This document shows positions 1 to 14,094 of a DNA stretch of 64,000 bases, in pieces. The DNA is from Phoronis australis (lineage: Eukaryota; Animalia; Phoronida), in assembly GCA_002633005.1 (NCBI GenBank), contig NMRA01000076.1, positions 562,277 to 626,276 of the forward strand, read 5' to 3'. Made by a program: the position numbers and the translations under genes. Every line of letters begins with the position of its first letter. Within the stretch, counting starts at the first letter, position 1. The notes beneath the pieces were generated by a model. It was not told where the DNA came from, searched no databases, and was given only the letters and a program-made list of their open reading frames with translations.

Positions 1-112
1 CCTCCCCCCATTCGGTGCAATGCGCATCTACAATCGTGGTTCAGTTTGCGCAAATGCTTCCAGCCGGACAAAATGTTGGGCCCCCCCTTGTGATATCCTA
101 GATCCGCCACTG
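1..112. mobile_element. End of a GC-rich MITE family (CAGTGGCGGATCTAG terminus)
   Basis: Near-identical to ~48356-48465 (same orientation) and to 51116-51230 (inverted). Confidence 0.85.
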
Positions 113-2331
113 TACCTATCACTCATTCAACGCAACTCCAAATATTTTAAAACTTAACTGAACTATGAAATTTTTAGTTTAATTTTATATTTGGTGATTT
201 ACTACTACCTGAAATGGTCGCCGTAGTTAGTGACGGCTGACTCGTGTATTACGGCTACTAATTCAACTGCCGCCGCATGTAATGAGACTTCTGGGAAATT
301 TCCGCCCACTTTAAAAAATAACAGCAGTTGTAAAATGAGACAAACATAAACAGTGCTGTATATATTTTAGTGAAATCTTTCGACTGACGAAACTTATCCT
401 GTGTTCTAAATTGGTGAATTTAAAGGACATAGCATCTTCAAGGCTTACGCACATACAAAGAACAGTCGTCTGCACATGTTAGTGACGCATAAGAACATGC
501 GACTACATGTGAAACACTTGAGCAATTTATTTGGGAAAAATCTGCACTTCACCCTGAATTGTTACGCCACCACGTTCTAAAGGACTCTCTAAAGGATTCT
601 CTGGAAAGAAAAACTTCTTAGTGTTACCAAATATGCGAGGGTAGTGAGCCGCGGCGAGAATATGTCAAGGCTTCAAATTCAGCTGTTAGGGGGGCTTATG
701 AAATAAGTTTACCTAAATGAAGGCACAGAAGAATTTTACGCTACCTTCCGGTCGCTACCATTTTAACTACCCCCCTCCCGGGGGTCACCAGTTTCAACTC
801 CTCCATCCGCCGCCAATTGCCCTCAACCGGATAGCCTCCAATTTTCCCTCTGCCGGTGGCCACTCTCACTTTCCTTGCGTGCCTTTTCATGTATTATCTC
901 AATGGGTGCTCCGCTTCCCGAATTTTTTTCTTTTTGTGCCCAGAATTTTCCTCAATTTTAGCTCAAATTTGGTTGCCCCCGCCCTCTCGCCTATAACGAC
1001 TAGTGTGGACGGTAGTTGTTGGTGCATCTTGTTTTGTATGTCAACAAGTTTTTTTTCACCGGCATGGCAACTTGTGAAAACGTTTATTCTACAAAACAGA
1101 ATACGGTAAGAGATTTAGTAATGAAATACACAAAAACTGGACACAGATGGCAATTTTCACAAAAGTGAATAACAACAACAACAACAACAGCAGCAAAAAA
1201 TAATGATGATGGCAATAATAAAAAATAATGATAATGATATATACATATACATATACATGCGTCATAATATGCAAGATTTAGTCATATTCAGCAAACAAAA
1301 AATAATAATATAATACAAAAGATAAACATTGAACAAATTATTTCTTTTCTCATCAAAATTGGTCGTGCTTATTGGCTCATTTCTCAGAACCAGGCAGCGG
1401 GAAACGAAGTTTTAAGTCCAGTCATCAAGAAAAAACATTGCGATAATGGCTGCAGTTTGACTGATGGTACATCCGGTATACCAATGGACAGTAGTGAGAA
1501 GAAACACCTTTCTACATAAATGAGAAGGTCGTGACAGTAAAATTTCTTACCCATCGCACTTGTCACTTGAGTTCATCGACCGATTAGGCTACAAAGCTAC
1601 AACTGTGTTATTCATTTTTCATTTTGAGGTGACAAAATTACGTCCTATTGTTCACTTTATTCTACTGTCTGAAGTCATGTTTCTTGTCATGTGACGAACA
1701 AACAAACTTGGCGTGAGAGCGGTAGACATTTTAATTCATAGGAAGCGGTGTGTACAAGCGCTTGGAGTAAAAATCAAGTTGTTAACACTGAACTTAATAA
1801 AGATTCATGCTTGTAACGCACGTGAAATGATCTGACAACCCTCTAACGTAATGGGTTCCCTTTCATAGAGGAAGGAAGGAAGACGAGCCAACTGGTTGTA
1901 ATATATGCTATCAGATTTTTGAACTACTGGCTATGAGGGCTGGCTATGATGTCCTCCTATTTTTATCAACCGCGTATTCTTGGAAAGCTAGGATATATTT
2001 TTGAAGACTACTCATACTCGTTGCCAACCAGAATAGATCAAAATATTCGGGCCGTGTTCTCCTAGTAATCTTTAAAATATTCCAGGCAAGTTTTTCCGTC
2101 ATTCTTCATAAATTCCTCAGTTCGTGAAACCGGGGATAAAAGCAAACGTGGATTCTAGCCACTTGCTGACAATCACACCCCTAGATGGCCTCTGTCGCAT
2201 TAGCCTGCAACGACTCCTTGAGGTGGAGTTGGCTGCCTGGAAATAATGAATGCATGTGCAAGAGAGCCATTCTATTTGTGGAAGGATATGTGTTGTTTGT
2301 GGTATGTATAATGTGTTTCAGCTTGCCAAGT

Positions 2332-2498
2332 CATAGGCGGGTCCAGGGGGTGGGGGATCAAGGGGGTCCGAACCCTTCCCTTTTCCCCTTGATGTTAGTG
2401 ATATCAAAGCTAGAATTTTCAAATTGTTGACTAGGACCCCCTTTTTAACAAAATCTTTGATCTGATCCCTCCTTTTAAAAACCCTGGATCCGCCCCTG
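2332..2498. mobile_element. Small MITE (CATAGGCGG...CCGCCCCTG)
   Basis: Imperfect terminal inverted repeats; shorter relative at 61491-61565. Confidence 0.6.
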
Positions 2499-5159
2499 AA
2501 AGAACTGGCACTTCGTAATCTCTTGAGACCGTGCTCGGTCGACAAAATGACACACCACGTGACAAACCAGTTTGGAGAGCTTCTCTTTCAAAGCACTGAA
2601 GTCGCCTCCAAATTGACTAGCGAGACCTAACTCAAAGGTTGATTTTCATGGTCGATGGTGAGTTCATAACTGCGACGCGATGCACTTGAGAGGAAAACTG
2701 TGCCCACATCACATTTTTGCAAACAATTCAATTCTCGTGAAAAACGTGACTGTACATGTGTCGTTGGCCGAGAGCGACAATAATCGGATTTGCCACTGCC
2801 CCGGAATTATGACATATAATTCTTTAGCCAACCAGAAACCAGAAATGACTTCGTTAAGTATTTACAACACTAATGAATGCTAATAAATCTTCAAGAAAGT
2901 GATATATATATATATTTATTTCAGTCATAAATAACTGTTAAAATTGCTTGGCTTCTAGTTTACTAAAGAATTATTCTTGTTTTAATCGAGATTTCTGAAA
3001 GTAATTAATCGGTGTTAAAAGCACGCGTAATCAGGTGCCGAACCCGCTACTAGTGGACGCAAATGTTACCATGGTTACGCACTCACATATGAAACGCCAA
3101 CCTGAGAATCAATGTTTATACTCAGGCGGTTAGGATCCAAGTAAGAATATCTATGCGTGACTTAAGTGAATTTTATTAAAACTGGTCAAATACACCCGAC
3201 CTATAAACTGTCTAGCAAATACCGCAACAACTAAATAAGACCCTAGCTGAACGCCGGGTGGGGCCAAAAACAACAAATAGACATGGAATCGTTATCAACA
3301 TCAAACTTCAGTTACAATCGATATTTGAAAAGGTGCACGAAAGCACGTAGTAATGTTAGAAGCGTCATGATTTGAAGCGATGAATGAAAGGATTCGGCAT
3401 CATTTTGCTCATCTCGGGTGAAGTTTCTTTTTTGAAAAAGTAAGCATCTAAAAAGAGAAATATCATATCACCGACACTATTTCCAGAAAAAAAACAGAAC
3501 CATAACTAAGTGTACTTTTTTGGCCTTATATAAACTACTTAAAAAATAAGAGGGTAATTGCTTTTTGCACCTAATTTTCAGGAAATCGAGAACAGGGACA
3601 TAATTCATGTATGAATGAGTTCAGTAGGAAATTCTTGAGAAATGTGTCTGAGGAATTTTTGTCTTGCGGTGAAGAACACGCTTTTTCGAAAATTCGCTAG
3701 TCAGAAAACGAAAGTCACAATATGACTGAATGAAGCACTGCAGGTTCTCGAATTCAGAAACACGGCTTAATTTTTAGATAAGAGGACTGTTTTGAGCGTC
3801 TTTCAATGTATCACATTGGAATAAAGATTTGTTGAGCATGAACCGGAAATGCTTAGAAAATAGCAGCAAACCATCACTTAGTCATCCATTTTGTGACTTT
3901 CGTTTCTTACTCGTGTTTTTTTTTCTTAAAATTGTGTTCTATCGCCGTTGGACAAAAACTCCTACGATTGTCAAGAATTTCTTTTTGAACTCGTACTTGG
4001 ATGAAATTCGTCCAACTTCTCAGTTTCTTAGAAAACTGTAACATTGTGTTCGAGATGAATGTTATCTTGAACCTTTATATTAATAACATTTGTCCGTGTT
4101 ACTGATACTGTTGTTTTGTTATGAATGTTCCTTTCTTTTTGCAATATTTTACTAAAAACGATCCAAGAAATGACATTATGCTCAAAGTTACTTCCAGAAA
4201 ATATGGAAGTAATTCGTTTAGTTTTGAACATATTTCACTAAATGTGCACAAACTTGTCGATAAGTCTAACAAAGAACTGCACATGCATCCTCAAACGCCC
4301 TTAATTTACTGGAGCTCCCCGCCGGACTTCTGGTAGCTTGGGAGCTCTCGCAGGCCCTGCATGTGTCGGCCTTACGGCCGCCTAATTGCCACAAGCAAAA
4401 AACAGTTATGTAGGACATGCTGTTATTTAAATGGTGATAATCCACATTTTCACATTTCCGATGGTGTGACAATTTAGGCTTTTGCGAAAATTTGAGCCTG
4501 CGCAACGCAGTTTTGTTTGTAAATATGCTATAAAAATAAAAATGCAAGAAATTGAAGCGAGACCAAAAAATTTAAGACATTAAATTTTTTTTATATCGCA
4601 TCTGAGAACACACCTCTAAACTATATATAAACATGCAGGGGCTATAACTGCATTTGAAAAGGTTAATTCTGCAATAATCTGCTCTTCTATAGGAACCGAT
4701 TGGTTCCAATGAATATTGTAGTAGCTCGGTTGTCTATTATGATTCGAAAGGTTATTAGATAACTCTTTATTGGACCCCAGATCTATTTGCCGGAAAACCT
4801 TATTGCCAATACCATTGACGTAGACCTAGGCCCAGGCATGTGTAGCTTACATATATGTGTATTGTGTTTAGGTACAGAAATAGGCAGCTTTATGTATGCA
4901 CCCGTGTAACATACGCTCGAAGGTTACTTACGTCAGTCACTTTGCATTGCGCATTTCATTCTCAGATAGTAATGACCGGAGTAGCGACGGTAACCTTGAC
5001 ATTCACTGCTTTTGTTATCATGAACACTGCAGAGTGGCTGTTTTCATTCATAACTACTAACGCTTTTTCCTGGTGATGCAGGTCAGATTATGAAACGTAG
5101 AAAGGTGTGGAAATATGGATGCGTACCACGATGATAGGCTGAACGGAAAGCGTTAACAC

Positions 5160-5300
5160 ATACTTCGACCAATGAGTTGCCGGGTTAGTATCGCAGCATT
5201 GATTGAACATGTTTATGTTTTGACTGTCTAACCACCAATCAGAACGCGCTGCGCATCGTCTGCAGAAAAGGTTTTTGTGTTGACATAAAGCCTTTATAAC
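5160..5300 (+). promoter_or_regulatory. Putative proximal promoter of the CYP gene
   Basis: CCAAT at 5169-5173 and 5235-5239, TTTATAA at 5293-5299; CRE-like TTACGTCA further upstream at 4928-4935; motif-level evidence only. Confidence 0.35.
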
Positions 5301-5342
5301 ACGAATAAAATGCTTTCGTTATTCTACGATTGACCACGCATC

Positions 5343-6848
5343 ATGACAGAGCTGACTTCTGATGTAGTATTCCTGTGGCTGTGCTGGGCAGTGGTGCTTC
5401 TTGTAACTCTTGCAAGTGTGAAAAATATCGCAAGAAGGAGAAAACAGAACCTTCCACCTGGTCCACGGGGCTTGCCACTATTTGGAAACCTGTTGCAACT
5501 GGGGAACCTGCCGTATGAAACTTTCGAGAAATGGTATCGAATATATGGTGACATTTTTATGTTTTCCCTCGGTGGAAAACCCGTAGTTGTCTTGAACCGT
5601 TATTCCACTATTCGACAGGCACTCGTGCAAAACGCAAGAGCGTTCGCAGGCAGGCCGTATTCATTTCTGTTCCACCAAGTTGCCGGCGATAAATCCGTGA
5701 TTGCTTCAAACTATTCTCCAGTAGTTAAACTGCAACGGCGCATTGTACTGACAGTTTTTCATAAACTACTGGGTTGTGGTAACGTGAGACTACGGACCTT
5801 TCTTAATAAGCAGGCGCGCAGACTCTGCGCGCGTCTGAGCGAGAAGACACGTGAAGAGGGAGCATTTTACCCTCGACCGGTTATAGAAAAAAACATTGCC
5901 GCCACTCAATACGAAGTATGCTTTGGTAAATCGAAAACCAGTGACGACTTGAAGATTCAGGAAAGCTTGTGCAAAAATGCAGAAACATTTACGAATTTCG
6001 CCGGTGTAGGAAATCTTGTCGACTTATATCCTTGGGTACGACATTTCATTCCAAAGACGTGGAAAAAAATTGTGAAATCGGCTCAATTTTTATTCGTTGT
6101 ATCCGAAAAGAGGTTTGATGGCTACTATCAGGAAAATTTTCATCCTAACAACCAAAAAACTGTCTTGGAAACGCTTGTAGAATTGATGTCAAGAAACGAG
6201 CAAATGTGGCAGGATGCAGGCGTGTGCTCCAGTCGCGTCAAAGGTTTGCTCGCTGATTTGTTCGGAGCAGGATTCGAGACAGTTGTGACCTCTATTGATT
6301 GGGCAGTGTTGCTCTTGGCATCCCATCCGGACGTCCACAGCAAAATGAAAAAGGAAATCACCTGCGTCCTCGGCGATGAGGAGATTTCGTATGAAGTGCG
6401 AGGACGGCTGCCGTACACGCAAGCAACAATCGCAGAAATTCTTCGATTTTCATGCATTGTTCCGATTTCTCTCCCCCACTGCACATGCGAAGACGTCAAA
6501 TTCCGGGGCTACTTTATTCCGAAGGACACTTTTGTAATGGTCAATCTCCACTCCGTTCACATGGACCCCACGATGTGGAACCATCCAAATAAGTTCAACC
6601 CAGAGCGATTCATGACCACCGAAGGAACATTTGATAAAGAGCTACGGCAAAAAATCCTGCCTTTCTCAATTGGCCGTCGAATGTGTTTAGGGAAACAACT
6701 TGCGGAAATGATGTTTTTCACTTTTGTAGGAGTGATGGCCAGGGAATGTTCGTTTTCTATGATTGAGCCTCCTACGTCAAAACCTCAGTTCGGTCTAACT
6801 TTGAAACCTCCCAATTTCAAAATCAGCGTCGTCCGTGAAGACGTTTAG
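5343..6848 (+). CDS. Cytochrome P450, CYP1-like (clan 2), single coding exon
   Basis: 501-aa ORF with an N-terminal hydrophobic anchor, PPGPRGLP hinge, FAGRP, I-helix AGFETV, K-helix EILR, NPERF, heme motif PFSIGRRMCLG and C-terminal FGLTLKP resembling CYP1 family proteins. Confidence 0.93.
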   Translation: MTELTSDVVFLWLCWAVVLLVTLASVKNIARRRKQNLPPGPRGLPLFGNLLQLGNLPYETFEKWYRIYGDIFMFSLGGKPVVVLNRYSTIRQALVQNARAFAGRPYSFLFHQVAGDKSVIASNYSPVVKLQRRIVLTVFHKLLGCGNVRLRTFLNKQARRLCARLSEKTREEGAFYPRPVIEKNIAATQYEVCFGKSKTSDDLKIQESLCKNAETFTNFAGVGNLVDLYPWVRHFIPKTWKKIVKSAQFLFVVSEKRFDGYYQENFHPNNQKTVLETLVELMSRNEQMWQDAGVCSSRVKGLLADLFGAGFETVVTSIDWAVLLLASHPDVHSKMKKEITCVLGDEEISYEVRGRLPYTQATIAEILRFSCIVPISLPHCTCEDVKFRGYFIPKDTFVMVNLHSVHMDPTMWNHPNKFNPERFMTTEGTFDKELRQKILPFSIGRRMCLGKQLAEMMFFTFVGVMARECSFSMIEPPTSKPQFGLTLKPPNFKISVVREDV

Positions 6849-9829
6849 CAGCAAGAAAATTTCTCGCACCTTTTCTTATGATGAAAGAAACTTAGACGGA
6901 GGGTTTTTGAAATCACTAACGATATTATCTTGGGTTTTGCTCAGTCACAAACCATCAAATTAAAACAAATGTTGGTACCATTTAATAAGAGTTTGGAAGA
7001 GTTTTAAAATTGCAGTTAGCTATAACAACTGCGTTATTCACGCTTGGGTTTAATCACCAGGGATGAGTTGCAAAAAGCTTCAAAAGTTAGGTTAGGTGCA
7101 TTGTTCAATATTCACAACGTGACGCGTGATAATGTGACGTCATTGATGCTATACGGCGTATAACTTTTATGCAACTGGGCCATGATTACTTTCCGAGAAG
7201 TAAGTCTTGTATGGCATATCTTTTCATTCTGATTTGTTTTTGTGGACGTACTTGCGAAAGTGATAGACTCGAGTATGTCACTTTTTGATCTTTATACATG
7301 TATTGTGTTAACAAAACCATCTGCCTGTTAAATCTGACGTTTTTTAATTGCAGGTCATATTTATAAACAGTTCGAAAATTGCAAGTGTGTGACATGTATT
7401 ATCTTTACCTCTACATACAGTGTATTTGTATTTTAGTCGAAATCAAAACAGCATCTAAGTTTGGCATTTTATATATAGACATTGGTAAGCAGTAATCTCC
7501 ACGGGCTATTTCCAGACAATGACTTCAGATAGTTCGTACATGTAAAATGCTTACATTTTTATAAGTCTAAACTATTACTTAAGTGTAACGTTTTTGTATT
7601 GTAAAGTTGCAACTCATGGGCATGTTATAACAAAGATTGGGCGTCCTGTCATCGTTAGAACGGTCGCAGACAGTAGTTATTGTTGTTGTAACGATACCAT
7701 CTCTTTATATAAATTTGACCGCCGACCAAATCCACATTAACTATCATCTTCATAAATCGCTGCTATAATATTATGTTCCAATAAAACTACGAGATACGGC
7801 GGTCTTTAACTGCGACTGGGCTTTTGTCGACCTTTGTAAAACGGGCCTCTGGAAAGCTGAATGTTATTGTTATTGTTATTTCTATTGCGATTGTTGTGGT
7901 GAGAGACGCGCAACTGACTGTTATGGTACATATACACGTTATGTATATGCATTTATATTTGTATCGACGTATTTTTTATTATTTGAATATAGCTTTGTTG
8001 TGCAAAAACATGTATGTCGTTTCCGTCGATTTCACCTGAAAATACAAACTTCCTAATTTCAGAACAGCTATACACTGATTACAAGCCCAAGGGTCTCAAA
8101 GCCGCATGTATCTAACAATAAGGCCAAAAACATAAATGGTTCTGGTTTCTGTTGTTCAGTCGGTGGTGCTCAAATAGAAAATACTCCCCTAATACGAGCA
8201 AAAATGATGCGGGATTTGTTTTTTAGCCTTGACTGACATTGATACTGGCGGACGATGTTTTTAGCTCGTGAGTGCACTTCTCAAAATGAGTCGGTGTAAA
8301 GACAAGAACAAACTGCCATTTTTGGCCTAATCGTGGATCAGATTTTCCGGAGTTCCCAATTAACTTTTTTCGTGATTACTGTTAGAGAATGCGGCTTTGA
8401 GGATTTTTGTTTCCGGATCAGAGATCGTGATTCCTTTCGATGTATAAAATACGAAAAGTTCGGCTTAACTTTAATTTCATCCTTCTTATTTGCCAAATTT
8501 GAGTACAGCAATTTCTAAGTTTTCAAGTTTGAAATTTTTATGATTCGCTTATTAACAAAACTGATTAAGCCCATGGCCGACGCTAACTCAAAAACAGAAG
8601 ACCGCGAATAGAGAAGGAAAATGCTCTCACGTGTATCAGTTAAAAAATCTGACTTTTGGAAAATCTTAAATGACATAATTGGTTTTCCATTCACGTGCAC
8701 AGTTTATATCAAGAACATTTTATTGAAGTGTCATGCAGCGCCATCTTTTGAAATCGTTATTTTGGTTCAAATTTAGTGATGGATTCCTTTGTTTTGATTT
8801 CCAAGGGGACGAGTACCATTCTTAACTTCAAACGATCACATTACTAACCGAAACATGAAATCTATTTAGATTTTGAAAATATCGAACTGTAGCATTTTGT
8901 GTATTTCGGAATTAGAAGTTCAAATACTATAGAGCAGCCACGTTTTATGACAGAAATCTGTGGATCGTAGTTTCACCAAAGCTTCCAAAAAAACAGAAAA
9001 ACTGTTAATGTGAAGCCGCCGTTTTAAATGAAAGTAAAGGCTTCTCACAAAACCTTTATGTCAGCTACAAAAAATTAAAAACTTCAAATTTGAATAATAT
9101 ATTCACTTCATGAATATCATAATTAGTATCAACATACCACAGCCCAGTGAGTTAACCGTCCTTCAAGTGTCGTGATTAAAATATCAAAATTTCAAATGTT
9201 TTCTCAAATCTTGCAAAGTTCAGCGGGTTCTTTTTCTGTTCCTTTTGATGTTGACTACACTTTGACCATGACCTTTTCCTATCTGCCACAGAAGCTACAC
9301 GCACCGACGTGGAGATAAGAAAAAGAATTTTGTATTTTCTCCTCAACGCAAATTACACACACGGCTCGGACCGTATGGTCACGGGCTTCGTTGGCTATAC
9401 ATGGCTATAGCTCGCTAAGACTCGAGTGATCTCGCTTTTCGTGCAAGAAATTGATCTACGGAACGCAGCTAGATTACCCAGCCACACACAATATGCCCCG
9501 TGACCTTTTCAGACATATCAGGAAGTGACCCATTCTAACCCAAACAAACCACCCAGGCCATTGGCGAGAAAGATTATCAAAATAATATTAATCGTAGACG
9601 AGTCTTAAGTTTATGTTCCATGTCCAGGAAATTTTTTCGAGGTCAGTTTCTCAGCGCAAATACGCATATTTTAGGATTTACACTATAATGTTAAGGTCAT
9701 AAATTGGAAGAAAATACCCTGACTGGGCCATGGTATTAGCTGCAAACGAGCGCACCCAAATACCTTGTCCTCCCCCATTTCCATTGACATGAATTCATAG
9801 CAAACTGATGGTAACTGATCATCATTCAT

Positions 9830-9895
9830 AGAGAACCTCTTTAGATCATTTCTCATTGGTTAAGAGAACCTCTTTAGATCATTTCTCATTGGTTA
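9830..9895. repeat. Perfect 2 x 33-bp tandem duplication inside a dispersed repeat (related to ~18290-18540)
   Basis: AGAGAACCTCTTTAGATCATTTCTCATTGGTTA repeated twice. Confidence 0.9.
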
Positions 9896-11627
9896 ATCAT
9901 AAGCAGTCATCATAAATTATTACGATGGAAGATAAAACTTGCTCAAAAATTACATCAACCTGCAACATAAATTATTATTAACTTTTTACACCATATCATG
10001 CCATTCATAAAAATTCATAGAAATGGTGGCTATGAATTGAAATAAAACCCTTTACATGATCAACTGAACCAAAATTACCTAAGCACACTGCCACATCACA
10101 ATAATACAATCATTAGCAAACCTTGGAGACTATTCTGGGTAACAATCGCGATCGATCTTGTGACATGTCAAACGCTAATGAATACACCGCGTGAGAGAAC
10201 GTCATGACCTTGGTGGATGAACAACAAGATCAGTTACCGTGTCTTCTGTGCGTGGGTGCATGGTGCCGAGCACAGAAGTACATATCGCTACCTGTATGAC
10301 GCAAAATTCTGCGGGAGAAGTTGAGCAACAACCAAAAATCATAGATTTCAACCAGACTCAATGAAAAGGCCACAGTTACCGTACCCGCTTTCCGCCAGCA
10401 AAAAGTGACATAACACCGCAGTACTAGTATTCCTGTCGATAGGGTGAATGACATCTGCCTGAACAATGGGTGATCCCTTTTGAACCCCTATGGGGGTTAG
10501 GAACTATTGTTCGCATAACATTAACATTACGTCACCAATTTCGGACAAAAATGATTGGGAAATTGGCCTTTTTCATTTTTCATGGTCGCGTCTTACATTG
10601 TTGTGAATAGCCATTGTTTCTAAAATCATTACAAAACCGTTCGTATGATATCAACTCCAGACCAGGGAGAATCCAGTCGAGCTATCAATGTAGCGCATTG
10701 TCATCAGGACTCGCACGTCCATTTGCTACCATGGTTCAAAGAGTTACTAAAACCAAGGGATACCTGAGAACCGAAACCGAATGCATCTATTTTAGTTAAT
10801 TTTATCGCATTTCTTCGGGTAAGAAATATCCTAACAACTTATTACAAGAAATTCTTCAATTTCGGCAGCCAAGCACTTAAAAATCGCAAGTTTTAGTCCA
10901 TGATATTTCAATTTATATTAGCCCGGTAGTGTTTTATTACCGTGAAACCATCGCTAATGCGCTGATTGTTCTACTCCACACTACAGGATCTCAGATCCGA
11001 TTCCCAAATAAACAAGTCTTTTGACGGCAGCGGGAATTTGGTCAAATCTGTTGAGAAAGAACAAGGCGCTGTGAGAAGGGCAGAGTTGCTAATGCACTGT
11101 CTGATGATAGCTATGGTTTCCGGGCTGTATTTTATTGAATTATATTTCTGTATGTTCTAATCATTATTGTTAACTGACAAAAATAGCTATGGTGCACAAC
11201 TTGAACATGGCATTACTTTGCTGCTACACATCTTGACGAACTTAGTTCCAGTTGCCTATATTTGTATCATAAATTGGTCACATTTTACTATACAATGCTT
11301 GTCAATAAGACCAAGGACAGCTGTAAATTACGAACTGTGATTACGACATAGACGAAATATAATTTTCTCAGTGTTCATTTTTGTTGAAAAATTGACAATA
11401 TAGAAATTTCAATTGGAGCCCTATTCTGTTCAAATAGGCAGAAATTAAGCGTTACACAATTTTTGGTTTTCCAAATGAGAACACCTGGTATGAAAACGGT
11501 ACGTGTGAGGACACTCAATTAACAGGAAGGAGCCCAGTTTTGAAAGGGTTGGCCACTTCTACATGAATGATCTATTGAGAAATGCAAGTAAAATTGAAGG
11601 GTTTGAAAATTTTTAAAATAGGCAACT

Positions 11628-11784
11628 TGGGCTGAGTTGCATAAGCTTCAAAAGATATCCGCTGGATAAGTTTGATTGTTGCTCGACATCAGGTGCATTG
11701 TTCAACAATAACAACGTGGCGCGTGATAATGCGACGGACGTCATTGTTGCTATGCAGCGTATAACTTTTATGCAACTGGGCCCA
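11628..11784. mobile_element. Short MITE (GGGC.GAGTTGCATAA...TTATGCAACTGGGCCC)
   Basis: TIRs; related copies at ~7060-7182 and ~31187-31272. Confidence 0.7.
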
Positions 11785-13590
11785 GGTTATTATCTGTGCA
11801 GGGAGGAAATGCGGACCCAATACAAATGAAACACTCAGGGAGACGTTTTATCAAAGGTTGTACGTACAGTCGATTAAATGTCAAAACGTAATAACTGACA
11901 AACACGAGTTTATGGTTTCAAGTTGAGCAAACCGATTTTTACATTGCGCTCTACGAGGATCCGACATTAGAATTCCCTTAAAATGGCGAGTAAATGTCGC
12001 AAATAGCACTTGATAATAACTTTATGCCGTGAGTCCGTCGGTACACTACAGGGTCGCTTTAACGTAGAACTGAACAGATTACTCACCGTTCTTTTAGTTC
12101 ATGTTTCGGAATGGAACTTAGCCTTCTTAAGATTACGAGTAACTCCAATCCACAAAACGCTCTTTCATTCCAGTAGCTGTGAAAAACGCCGCATTAGAAC
12201 AGGCTGTCACAAACATGTATGATTTGTTTATGTGAAACCCGGTGATAACATCTTCCGCCAAAGTTTTGTCACAAACAAAATCCCATAGTGCATCAACCCA
12301 AACACTCTCCCAAGTAAACCAGCTGTCTACATAATATTGTTTCAAAGTTCTGCAGTTTTATTCATTATTATGGCGTGTAAAAGTCAGACTGTGAAATAAA
12401 GCTTACATGTAAGCCTTCAGCATGCAACGCTCTATTTCCCCGCGCTCCATTTGAAGTCAAAATCAGTACCCGGCGAAACGGCCAAAAGCACGCTCGCCAG
12501 CCGAGCGAGGGATTGGAAAACCCACCGTGCTGCGAATTTTCTTATATTTCGTCACACAACTATCACCGAACATTTCTATATAATTTCATGCAATTGAAAA
12601 AACAAAACCCGACTTGGTATGTGACTTACTCGAAGGCGTGACGTGCTGACTGAGCTAAACTTAACTCCACATACAGCGAATCACGGGCCTTAAGTTCCAG
12701 AGTTGGAATACTTTAATTACCTTTCAACAATTTCAGGAGCGTTATTTTGAACATTTTACCTAAAGAAGAAAACTACATTACAGCAACTACCACGGCTGTA
12801 AAGCGTAGTTTCGAGCTAAAGTCGAGAACAAAACGGTGAGTGAACTCATTGTTGACATAAAATTGCGTTACTTTTCTGAGCACGACTCTTAAACGTCGGA
12901 ACACCACCCCTTGAGCAAGTGCCAATTTTAACCGTGTTTCAATTTTCTCATAGCACAACGCCTTTATGTGAAAACCACGTCCAAGGTTTTTATTAGAGCT
13001 TTTTCTATTTTTCATGTTTAGTTTAAACCAAGAGTTGAATTATTATTAGAAAAGTGCTAAACACTGAACGCACATCAGCTTTAGATATGGAAAACCCCCG
13101 ACAAGATTTTTTATTAGTTTTAATACAGAAAATTTGATGAATGCTAGTGAAGGAATATTCCCGTCCATGAAATTACGCTAAAATCAGATCGAGAGCAATA
13201 CGTTCTAGATAAGTCCTGTCAGGAGTGTTGGGCATGGCTAAGATGAGGGACTTATCTTCGAAAAAGAGGATTTTCATGTAGCGCTCCCCCTATAGGCAAT
13301 TTTGCAACCAAATCACGTGACCTAGTTACAGATAGATATTTTACTAGGGATGGTAAACTACAGCCAACACAAAATGGTGTACGAACACCAACAATACCTT
13401 AGCTATTACCATTTTAAGCCCTCGTTCAAATGACACTTGGGATAAGAAATAAGACACTCTGGTGCAGGTGCCCCTCCAGATGCACGTGACATCCATTTTT
13501 GAAGGGGTGCATGTCATTCTTGATCATTGTGCTCCAAGTCAACTATTCGGCAAAACTAATGTCAAGGAGAAAGCGATCATTTCAAATTGT

Positions 13591-13596
13591 TTTATT
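13591..13596 (-). terminator. Candidate polyadenylation signal for EFR3
   Basis: AATAAA on the minus strand ~365 nt after the stop codon. Confidence 0.45.
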
Positions 13597-13959
13597 TCAC
13601 ATTAATAAATACATTCCTTTGTGATATTATGCAAAAGCAGTCATTTCAGGAAACTTGAACTGTGACTCCATTTCTGACAATGTCATCTGGCGGGAGCTGA
13701 CAAAGTCACCTTGCTGCTGTGTTGATTTTACTTGCCGTTCAAGTAGCTATGTAAATGAAATGAAATGATGAACATGATCATTGCAAGAAGAATCGCCTGG
13801 GCGGTCTTTCCATTAGATGACACAAGTAGCTGTTTGGGGCCCCGCAATACAAGGGGGCCCCTAATAATGAGAGAAGAATAGAGTCTACACTGAAATCTAG
13901 TTCAGAGTCCCTGACAGCTAGGACTGACTTTGTTCAATGGCTACAATGCTTGGAATGAC

Positions 13960-14094
13960 TTAGTAGACAAAAAGGTCGGGGAACTGGATATCAGTGATTG
14001 GCACTTCGGGGGGCTGGGTCGGTGTGTTGACTGCTTCTTTGTCTTTGGAGATCATGTCCAGGATCTGATTCAGCTTGTTGTTGAAGACATCAGC
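13960..14094 (-). CDS. EFR3: EFR3 terminal coding exon (ADVFNNKLNQILD...IQFPDLFVY*)
   Basis: Conserved FPDLxVY C-terminus, TAA stop. Confidence 0.93.
   Translation of the reverse strand, partial: ADVFNNKLNQILDMISKDKEAVNTPTQPPEVPITDIQFPDLFVY

Noticed and set aside
717-1109. 130-aa ORF
   Set aside because: Overlaps GC-rich MITE-like sequence; no domain signature or splice support
1700-5340. AhR/XRE cluster upstream of the CYP1-like gene
   Set aside because: Only a few scattered GCGTG cores and one full TNGCGTG noticed; not clearly above chance
6140-6499. Antisense ORFs inside the CYP gene, and similar shadows over EFR3, MOXD1 and LINE sequences
   Set aside because: Shadow frames of real coding sequence with no recognisable motifs
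6876-6920. ATGA..AA..GA pattern after the CYP stop as a possible SECIS
   Set aside because: The CYP has no in-frame TGA (it ends in TAG) and the stem is unconvincing
12133-13015. Short minus-strand ORFs between the CYP and EFR3 3' ends
   Set aside because: No recognisable homology or consistent exon chain; probably decayed transposon or intergenic DNA
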